Assembly (NCBI GenBank): GCA_021734405.1
Contig: JAIPJA010000001.1
Coordinates: 1,586 to 65,585 of the forward strand
Direction: 5' to 3'
Origin: Minisyncoccota bacterium
GTDB lineage: Bacteria > Patescibacteriota > Patescibacteriia > Patescibacteriales > UBA12465
DNA length: 64,000 nt
Part shown: in pieces, positions 56,833 to 64,000 of the stretch
Numbering within the stretch: position 1 is the stretch's first letter
Layout: each line of letters opens with the position of its first letter
Notes under the pieces: generated by a model
What the model was told of the DNA's origin: nothing
Databases searched by the model: none
The model's input: the letters and a program-made list of their open reading frames with translations, nothing else
Translations under genes and position numbers: made by a program

Positions 56833-57904
56833 ATTTTTCTATTACCTCTGTTATTTTTTCTTCTGCCTGCTTAGGAATTAAATTAAATAAATTATTAGCT
56901 AAATCCTGTCTTTTGTTATCATCTTGCAGTAACTGTAATATATTATTTGTAAAACTAGTTATTGTTAATTGATTTTGATCTAATACTTTACCAGCTTGGT
57001 TTTTTTTAATAATCTCAGCATTATCTTCCTGATGACTAAAGGGCATAGGGATAAAGATTACTGGCTTTTTTAAAAAGGAAAGTTCTGTAATAGAACCCAA
57101 GCCACAACGAGAGATAATTAAATCTGAAGCTATAAAAATACGATTTAGTTTTTCAGCTGACACAAAATTAAAAGCCAAATAACTATCTTGGCTATTTAAA
57201 GTTTTAGCTAAAGAACCAGCAATATGAATAATTTGTATTTCCTTAGTTAAACTATCTAAAGATTCTTTAACTAGATCATTAATAGCTTTAGCTCCTTGAC
57301 CTCCGCCCACCACAGCGATAGTTGGTCTATCGGTTTTTAAACCTAAAGACTCTAAACACTCTCTTTTAGAAAAATTTTGTTTAAAAGCTTGTCTAACTGG
57401 ATTGCCAGTTAAAACAGCTTTATTTCCATAATCTTCCAAGGACTTAGAAAAAGTCACTGTAATTTTTTTAGAGGCTTTAGCCATTAACTTATTAGCCAAA
57501 CCAGGCCTCACATCTTGTTGATGAACTATTACAGGAATATTTAATATTTTAGCAGCCCAAACTAAAGGCACACTCACAAAAGCACCTGCACTCATCACTA
57601 AATCAGGGGAGAGTTTTTTTAAATAAATAAGGCTTTGAAAAAAAGCTAGTATTATTTTAAAAATATCAAGAAAATTTTTAAAAGAAAAATAGCGCCTCAG
57701 CTTACCACTGGATATAGCTATATACTTTAAACCTGCTTCAGCAATCATTTTCCTTTCTAAGCCTGTTTTGGTGCCAAACCAAACAAATTGCCAATTGTCA
57801 TGTTTTTTAGCTAGAAACTGCTTTAAACCTAAAAGAGGAGCAACTGATCCACCAGTGCCTCCACCTGAGAGAACTATTAATTTCTTATTACCTGTCTCTG
57901 GCAT
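56822..57904 (-). CDS. murG: Lipid II GlcNAc transferase
   Basis: GGGTGG; GLANK; TGNPVR; HQEDNA. Confidence 0.95.
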   Translation of the reverse strand: MPETGNKKLIVLSGGGTGGSVAPLLGLKQFLAKKHDNWQFVWFGTKTGLERKMIAEAGLKYIAISSGKLRRYFSFKNFLDIFKIILAFFQSLIYLKKLSPDLVMSAGAFVSVPLVWAAKILNIPVIVHQQDVRPGLANKLMAKASKKITVTFSKSLEDYGNKAVLTGNPVRQAFKQNFSKRECLESLGLKTDRPTIAVVGGGQGAKAINDLVKESLDSLTKEIQIIHIAGSLAKTLNSQDSYLAFNFVSAEKLNRIFIASDLIISRCGLGSITELSFLKKPVIFIPMPFSHQEDNAEIIKKNQAGKVLDQNQLTITSFTNNILQLLQDDNKRQDLANNLFNLIPKQAEEKITEVIEKYVK

Positions 57905-59030
57905 ATTTACTAATATTTATTAAAATCCCCATAGCCATAAGTAAAGCTATTATCGAAGAGCCTCCAGCGCTAACAAAAGGTAAAGGCACTCCTGTCATAG
58001 GCACTAAAGCTATCATTCCGCCTATATTTAAAAACACTTGTATTATTATCCAGGTTACTATCCCTAAAGATAGCAAGCTACCAAAGTTATCGTCAATTTT
58101 TTTAGAGATAATAATACCTCGATAAAAAATAAAAATAAACAAGGAGATAAATAATAAGGAGAAAATAAAGCCTATCTCTTCAGAAATAATAGGAAAAATG
58201 GCATCAGCGCTAACTTCTGGCAAGTATAGAAACTTCTGACGACTCTCCCCTAAACCTCTACCTTCTAAACCCCCTGAACCAACAGCAATTAAAGATTGAT
58301 TAATTTGATAACAAATGTATCGAGGGCTAAAACTTGGATCTTGCATGCATTTAAAACGATTAGCCTGATATTCATTAGTACTAACAATGCCATAACCCAA
58401 CAAAGCAATAACGATTACAAAACCTATTAAAAGTCGTTTTTTCACCCCACTGACAAAAATAACCACCAAAGAACTAAAAGCAATTATAGATAAAGTCCCT
58501 AAATCTGGTTGCTTATACATTAAAAAAGCGATAACACCTAAAATAATTAAAAAAGGCCAAAAAACTTGATGAGCATCTTTAACTTGCGACTGCTTAGCCT
58601 CTAACCAAGCCGCTAAGTAAATTAAAAAAGATAATTTAACAAATTCTGAAGGTTGTAAAGAAAAACCAAAGATCTCTATCCAGCTACTGGCACTGCCATA
58701 ATTAGCTCTCAGTCCTGGAATAAAAACCAAAATTAAAAAAACAATTGAACCTAGAAGAAAATATAAAGCATTTTTCCTCCAAAAACGATAATTAATCTTA
58801 GAAAAAATAAATAAAAAAAACAAACCCACAAGAGTAAAAAGTAGTTGCTTCTCTAAATAATAATAACTATTTTCAAATTTAATATAAGCAACTACAGCTG
58901 AGGCTGAAGCTAACATTAAAAGACCAAAGACCAGAGCTATAATAACAGCTATAATTAGAGGCTTGTCCGGTTTATGCGCGCCTTTTCCTTCTTTAGTGAT
59001 TTTTTTAAAAAAATTTTTAAGTCCTAGCAT
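57888..59030 (-). CDS. ftsW: SEDS peptidoglycan polymerase
   Basis: QPSEFVK; QPDLGT; YLPE; TGVPLPFVSAGGSS. Confidence 0.92.
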   Translation of the reverse strand: MLGLKNFFKKITKEGKGAHKPDKPLIIAVIIALVFGLLMLASASAVVAYIKFENSYYYLEKQLLFTLVGLFFLFIFSKINYRFWRKNALYFLLGSIVFLILVFIPGLRANYGSASSWIEIFGFSLQPSEFVKLSFLIYLAAWLEAKQSQVKDAHQVFWPFLIILGVIAFLMYKQPDLGTLSIIAFSSLVVIFVSGVKKRLLIGFVIVIALLGYGIVSTNEYQANRFKCMQDPSFSPRYICYQINQSLIAVGSGGLEGRGLGESRQKFLYLPEVSADAIFPIISEEIGFIFSLLFISLFIFIFYRGIIISKKIDDNFGSLLSLGIVTWIIIQVFLNIGGMIALVPMTGVPLPFVSAGGSSIIALLMAMGILINISKYARDR

Positions 59031-59033
59031 AAA

Positions 59034-60083
59034 TTAAAGTCCGCGATCAAGAAAAAATAATACTAAACCAATACTAGCTGAAACCAAGGCAATTAGCCAA
59101 AAACGCATAACTATTTTGGGCTCAGTCCAGCCAATAGCTTGAAAATGGTGATGTATGGGAGTAGATAAAAATATTTTCTTTTTTCTAATCTTTTTAGAGC
59201 TAAGTTGTAAAATTACAGATAAAGACTCAACTACAAAGATTAAACCTATTACTGGCAAAAGTAAAGCATAGTTTGTAAGCATGGCAATGACAGCCAAGGT
59301 GACCCCCAAACTCATGGAACCAGTATCACCTAAATAAAACCGAGCGGGGTTTATATTAAACCATAAAAATGCTAATAAAGCACCGATAATAACTGCACAG
59401 AAAACCGCTAAGTCATAACGTCCCAGAGAAAAAGCAATTACACCATAAACAGCATAAGCTATAAGCATGGTGCCTCCAGCTAAGCCATCTAAACCGTCGG
59501 TTTCATTAACTGAAAAAGCTGTAGCTACAATCACAAAAATAAAAACCGGTATATACCACCACCCGATCTCAAAACTTCCTAAAAAAGGCACATGTAAAAC
59601 TGTCCAATCTAACTTAAAATAAAACCATAAAGCTCCAACTAAAGCTATAAAAGCAAAGATTGCCAATCTATGAGAAAGACTAAGACCACCACCGCCAAAA
59701 ATTCCTTTACCTCTCACATCAAGCCAATCGTCAACTAATCCTATCAAAGCTGTAGCTATTAAAGCGCCTAGAGGTAAAAGAGTTTCTTGTCGAGACAAAA
59801 AATTTAAAGAGCCTAAAAGGGTTCCAGGAAAAATATCACTTAAAAAAGCAAACACAATGATAAACAATAAGACGGTTAACCAAATTAAAATACCTCCCAT
59901 GGTTGGAGTACCGGCTTTATGAGCGTGTAATTTAGAAAAAATTGGTGTCTTGCCACTACTTCTAATGGACTTACCTAACTTATATTTATACAAAAAATGA
60001 GTTAAAAGTGGGGTCCATAAAATAGCAAAAATAAAAGCTAGAGTGGAGAATAAAAGAATTCTTGTAATTTGAAATTCAGGCAT
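59034..60083 (-). CDS. mraY: Phospho-MurNAc-pentapeptide transferase
   Basis: KAGTPTMGG; NETDGLDGL; GDTGS; PIHHHF. Confidence 0.96.
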   Translation of the reverse strand: MPEFQITRILLFSTLAFIFAILWTPLLTHFLYKYKLGKSIRSSGKTPIFSKLHAHKAGTPTMGGILIWLTVLLFIIVFAFLSDIFPGTLLGSLNFLSRQETLLPLGALIATALIGLVDDWLDVRGKGIFGGGGLSLSHRLAIFAFIALVGALWFYFKLDWTVLHVPFLGSFEIGWWYIPVFIFVIVATAFSVNETDGLDGLAGGTMLIAYAVYGVIAFSLGRYDLAVFCAVIIGALLAFLWFNINPARFYLGDTGSMSLGVTLAVIAMLTNYALLLPVIGLIFVVESLSVILQLSSKKIRKKKIFLSTPIHHHFQAIGWTEPKIVMRFWLIALVSASIGLVLFFLDRGL

Positions 60084-60084
60084 A

Positions 60085-60480
60085 TTATCTAAAGTTTATA
60101 AAATAAAGGCTTAACATAGCCATAAGTAAAAATATATTAACAAGTAAAGCGGTTAGGGGTAAAAAATGAGCTAAAAGCGCATAAGCCTTACGTCGATAAG
60201 AACTTAAAACTAATATTAAATTAAGGAGAAAAACCACCAGACCTACTAAGGGTAAAAGGAAAATTTCTTTAGGGTCTCCCACTAAGTCAATACCAAAATC
60301 TATATTATAATGTAAAATTAAAAGAGCTCCGCTGGTATTTTTAAAGATAAAATAGGCTGATAAAAACAGCCCTACATTTAAAAATAAAGTCAGAAGAAAA
60401 TAAATACGTAAATAAACAGGTCTAAAAACCTGCTTAAAAAGCCACAGCCTCCTTCTTAGAAATACTGATATTTTAAGCAT
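60085..60480 (-). CDS. 3-TM membrane protein (DUF1648-like)
   Basis: LHYNIDFGID between TM helices. Confidence 0.6.
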   Translation of the reverse strand: MLKISVFLRRRLWLFKQVFRPVYLRIYFLLTLFLNVGLFLSAYFIFKNTSGALLILHYNIDFGIDLVGDPKEIFLLPLVGLVVFLLNLILVLSSYRRKAYALLAHFLPLTALLVNIFLLMAMLSLYFINFR

Positions 60481-60592
60481 AAATTAAAAGATAAGCTAAA
60501 TTAACCAATACTTAACTAATTAAATCTTATCATATTTTTTAATAATAGAAAAATAATGTTATAATTATAATAGCTTAAAGTTAAAACAAACT

Positions 60593-61681
60593 ATGAAAAA
60601 CTCTATCTTCAATAAAATCATAAACTTATGTCTGTGGGAAAGCTCTGACAAGCTCTTTTTAGAACTTAACCCCAATGGTTTAAGTGTAGACTATAACCAG
60701 GATCAAAGCCAGGACCTATACCTCTCTGAGCTTAGCCGAGATAAACTGGAAAAAGAAATATTAAATCTTAACCATGGTTACTCATTAAATTCAGGAGAAA
60801 GTCTTACTTTTATAGAAACCACTTCTTTTGGTCCTAAAGAAATTACCTTAACTCGATTAGCTGGAGAATCTAAAAAATATTCTTTAGCTATAAAAAAACC
60901 TCTTAAAACTAATTATCGTTTATCAGAATTAGGTTTGCATCATTTCCTACTCAAAAAATTAAAAAATCATTTAATTAATAAAGCTCCTAAAGGATTAATA
61001 ATAGTAGCTGGTGAAAAAGCTACTGACAGAGATAAAACTATTGTGGCTCTAGCCAATCTTTTTAAAGATAAGCCCTACTCACTTCTAAACCTTAATAGTC
61101 AACTTCCCTTACAAGATGTTCTGTCTTTAGATTTAAGTTGGGGACAATCTTTGGGTTTGAGTGCTCCAGAAATTAGTAGCTTAATACGTAAACATCAGCC
61201 TGATGTGGTAATAAGCAACTTAGATAAAAAAGAATTGAAAACAGCCTTATTAGATTTAGCTCAAGAAGACCGCCTAATTATTGCTGGCATTAACTCTCCT
61301 AGCTTACAACAAGCTCTAAGTTCTTTAGCTGAGATTTGCCCTACTTCTTACCTGCAAGAAAATATTAATTTAGCTATATATCAAAAATTTCTGCCTAGAC
61401 TCTGTCCTTTTTGCCAAGCAAAACAATCATTAAATAAATATGAAAAAAATCTTTTAGATGATTTGCAGTATAGATATAATTGGAAAGAACTAGACAAAAA
61501 ATCAAGACAAGCCTTAGGTTGCAAAGAATGTCTTTACAGTGGCAGTCCTGGAGAAATTGGTCTCTTTGAGTTTTTGTCTTTTCGTGATAGAAACTTAAGT
61601 ACTGCTAATTTAATAGATGATGCTAGAAAAAAATATGAGCTAGGATTAATTGATACAACTAGCCTACTTAGCCTTAATTAA
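60593..61681 (+). CDS. Degenerate GspE/PilB-like secretion ATPase
   Basis: LSELG; GLIIVAG; QPDVV; PRLCPFC...GCKEC...GEIGLFE; Walker A degenerate. Confidence 0.7.
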   Translation: MKNSIFNKIINLCLWESSDKLFLELNPNGLSVDYNQDQSQDLYLSELSRDKLEKEILNLNHGYSLNSGESLTFIETTSFGPKEITLTRLAGESKKYSLAIKKPLKTNYRLSELGLHHFLLKKLKNHLINKAPKGLIIVAGEKATDRDKTIVALANLFKDKPYSLLNLNSQLPLQDVLSLDLSWGQSLGLSAPEISSLIRKHQPDVVISNLDKKELKTALLDLAQEDRLIIAGINSPSLQQALSSLAEICPTSYLQENINLAIYQKFLPRLCPFCQAKQSLNKYEKNLLDDLQYRYNWKELDKKSRQALGCKECLYSGSPGEIGLFEFLSFRDRNLSTANLIDDARKKYELGLIDTTSLLSLN

Positions 61682-61682
61682 A

Positions 61683-62348
61683 ATGACTAAAATTTTTTGC
61701 ATAATTCCCGCCTACAACGAAGAAAAAAATATTTATCAAACTGTTAAAAAAGCTCAAAAATACCTAGAAAATATAGTAGTGGTAAATGATGGCTCTAAAG
61801 ATCAAACCGCTATTAAAGCTAAAGAAGCCGGAGCTAAGGTGTTAACTCACCCTATAAACAGAGGGCAAGGAGCAGCTCTGCAAACTGGCAACGACTATGC
61901 TTTAAAGAGGCAAGCTGATATAGTTGTTCATTTTGATGGAGACGGGCAATTTCTAGGGTCTGAAATTTTTGACTTAATAAACCCTATACAAGAAGAGGGT
62001 TATGAAGCAGTTTTTGGCTCTAGATTTTTAGAAAAAAAATCAGCTATACCTAAATTTAAAACTTATATTATTTACCCTTTAGCTAGAACTATTAACCGAA
62101 TATTTTTAAATGTTAAAACTACTGATCCGCAAAATGGTTTTAGAGCTTTAAGTAAAACCGCTTTACAAAAGATTAGAATTGACAATGACGGTATGGCTCA
62201 TTGCAGTGAAATCCTTTACAAAACTAAAAAAGCTGGGTTAAAATTCAAAGAGGTGCCAGTAACAGTTATATATAATCATTTTGGACAAAAGCTTTCCTCT
62301 GGTATTAAAATATTGAAAGATCTTTTTGTTAATAAATTAAATCAATAA
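61683..62348 (+). CDS. GT2 glycosyltransferase (DPM1-like)
   Basis: IPAYNEE; VNDGSKD; FDGDGQ; GSRF; DPQNGFRA. Confidence 0.9.
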   Translation: MTKIFCIIPAYNEEKNIYQTVKKAQKYLENIVVVNDGSKDQTAIKAKEAGAKVLTHPINRGQGAALQTGNDYALKRQADIVVHFDGDGQFLGSEIFDLINPIQEEGYEAVFGSRFLEKKSAIPKFKTYIIYPLARTINRIFLNVKTTDPQNGFRALSKTALQKIRIDNDGMAHCSEILYKTKKAGLKFKEVPVTVIYNHFGQKLSSGIKILKDLFVNKLNQ

Positions 62349-62349
62349 T

Positions 62350-62694
62350 ATGTGGCAACAAATTATCGCTCTAATAGTTATCTTATTTTTTTTAACTCGC
62401 CTATTTTCTCAAAAGAATAAAAAAAATATTAGTCAAGCTGAATTCGCTCTTTGGTTAGTTTTTTGGGCACTGGCAGCAGTAGCCATTATATTTCTAAAAC
62501 AAATTGATGCCTTCTTGTATGAATTAGGATTTTCTGGTGGAGGTATTAATTTTCTTCTTTACTTAGCGGTAATGATATTATTTTTCCTAATTTTCCGTTT
62601 GCGCTTAAAATATCAACAGCTAAATCAAAAATTAACTGAAGTTGTGAGAAAAATAACTTTAGAAACCGCTAATAAAGAGGATAGACAAAAGTAA
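62350..62694 (+). CDS. DUF2304-family membrane protein
   Basis: 3 TMs; WLVFW; KLTEVVRKI; follows the GT2 gene. Confidence 0.75.
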   Translation: MWQQIIALIVILFFLTRLFSQKNKKNISQAEFALWLVFWALAAVAIIFLKQIDAFLYELGFSGGGINFLLYLAVMILFFLIFRLRLKYQQLNQKLTEVVRKITLETANKEDRQK

Positions 62695-62696
62695 TT

Positions 62697-63812
62697 ATGA
62701 AAATTGCACAAATAGTCTGCTCATTTCCTCCCTATAAGGGTGGTATAGGTAATTCTGCTTGGCGCTTAAAAAAACTCATAGAACCAGAAATAGACTTAGA
62801 AACCTTTACTTTTAAACAAAGCGACTTAGGTGAAAATGAATTAACAGATAAAAACACTTATTACTTAAAACCTTTAATAAAAATGGGGCAAGCAGCTTTT
62901 TTGCCTCAGATTTTTTTTAAATTAAACAAATTTGATAGTATTATACTTCACTATCCTTTTTTTGGTGTTATGGAAGTAGTTTGGCTACAACGCCTTTTAA
63001 GTCGAAAAAAGTCCAAGCTAATAATTTTCTATCACATGGATGTGCCTCGACTGTCTTACTTAAATCAAATACTGAGCTTACCTGGTCGCTTGTTAGGCAG
63101 GCAACTTATAAAACAAGCTGATAAAGTTGTTGTCTCTAGTTATGACTACCTAGAAAATAGTGCTATAAAAAATATATACAAAAAATATCCTGAAAAATTT
63201 ACTGCCATTCCCTTTGCTATAGATACTGAAAAATTTAGACCTGAAAAAATTGACTACGCCCAAGAAAAAAACTCCCAGGTTCGCTTATTATTCGTGGGGG
63301 GATTGGATAAAGCCCACTACTTCAAAGGCGTAGACAAGTTAATAAAAGCTGTTTCTAATCTAAGAAACAGTAATTGGCACTTAGATATTATTGGTTCAGG
63401 CTCTTTAGTGCCTGAGCTAAAAAACTTAAGTCAAAAATTAAATTTAGAAGCTAAGATAAACTTTGGACAAAAACTTTCTGATAAGGCTTTTCTAGAAAAA
63501 TATAGACAAGCTGATATATTAATATTACCTTCAATAAATAAACACGAAGCCTTTGGCTTGGTAATTATAGAAGCCATGGCTTCAGGCACGGCTATTATTG
63601 CCAGTTCTCTACCTGGGGTGCGAACGGTTTTTTCTGAAGGTAGTGGCTTAAAAGTTAAGCCTGGAGATATAAAAGATTTAGCTAAAAAAATTGATTATCT
63701 TATAGACAGACCTAGACTTTTAGTGGCCATGAAAAAAAAAGCCCGCCAAGAAGCTAAAGATAAATATAATCTAAATAAAGCTAAGGAGTCTTGGCTAAAA
63801 TTACTTACATGA
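62697..63812 (+). CDS. GT4 glycosyltransferase
   Basis: FPPYKGGI; FVGGL; EAFGLVIIEAMASG. Confidence 0.92.
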   Translation: MKIAQIVCSFPPYKGGIGNSAWRLKKLIEPEIDLETFTFKQSDLGENELTDKNTYYLKPLIKMGQAAFLPQIFFKLNKFDSIILHYPFFGVMEVVWLQRLLSRKKSKLIIFYHMDVPRLSYLNQILSLPGRLLGRQLIKQADKVVVSSYDYLENSAIKNIYKKYPEKFTAIPFAIDTEKFRPEKIDYAQEKNSQVRLLFVGGLDKAHYFKGVDKLIKAVSNLRNSNWHLDIIGSGSLVPELKNLSQKLNLEAKINFGQKLSDKAFLEKYRQADILILPSINKHEAFGLVIIEAMASGTAIIASSLPGVRTVFSEGSGLKVKPGDIKDLAKKIDYLIDRPRLLVAMKKKARQEAKDKYNLNKAKESWLKLLT

Positions 63813-64000
63813 AGATTGGGATTATAAACAATTTATACAAACCTTATGAGCGAGGTGGAGCTGAGACTGTAATAGAGACTATTAAATTAGGTTTAGAAAA
63901 AAAGGGTCATCAAGTTTTTGTTATTAGCTCTTATCCTAGTTTTTTTGCTTTTAAGCAGATTAAGATTATTTCTAAAAATTATTTTCTGCCTTCTGCTTAT
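63809..64000 (+). CDS. GT4 glycosyltransferase (runs off the window)
   Basis: MKIGIINNLYKPYERGGAE...GHQVFV. Confidence 0.75.
   Translation, partial: MKIGIINNLYKPYERGGAETVIETIKLGLEKKGHQVFVISSYPSFFAFKQIKIISKNYFLPSAY

Noticed and set aside
1-64000. Alternative genetic code (TGA=Gly) or phage stop-codon recoding; tRNA/rRNA genes
   Set aside because: Genes are full length in code 11 with TGA stops in ATGA overlaps; no cloverleaf or rRNA-like stretch was seen

Overview
AT-rich chromosome segment that looks like Patescibacteria/CPR (Parcubacteria-like; inferred from the 7TM-HisKA kinase, C-terminally short AlaRS, rplQ-rplM-rpsI adjacency and RpoA without alpha-CTD). TGA is a stop codon (code 11). 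Host genes: histidine kinase, acyl-ACP-reductase-like protein, comEC and prfB on the left; rpsI-rplM-rplQ-rpoA-rpsD-rpsK-rpsM-rpmJ-infA, alaS, thioredoxin, murB/murC/murG/ftsW/mraY and glycosyltransferases on the right. The centre (about 7660-44387, 36.7 kb) is an apparently complete HK97-type siphoviral prophage. It appears integrated in the last codons of rpsI: a 7-bp core (GGTCAAA) lies at both ends, and both junctions encode ...S-K-R-stop. It carries a tyrosine integrase, an iteron-bearing replication initiator, packaging, head and tail genes (with a -1 frameshifted tail chaperone), a holin/amidase lysis cassette, and a defence cargo of about 11 kb. The cargo (type I R-M plus two PD-(D/E)XK nucleases) is headed by an XRE-HTH + ImmA/IrrE pair with a divergent, unannotated 44-aa peptide gene. 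No CI/Cro pair is visible at the early genes. Instead, three intergenic hairpins share an AUGCAC loop and two candidate antisense sRNAs are present, suggesting RNA-level control. All family calls are by eye from motifs; no searches were run.
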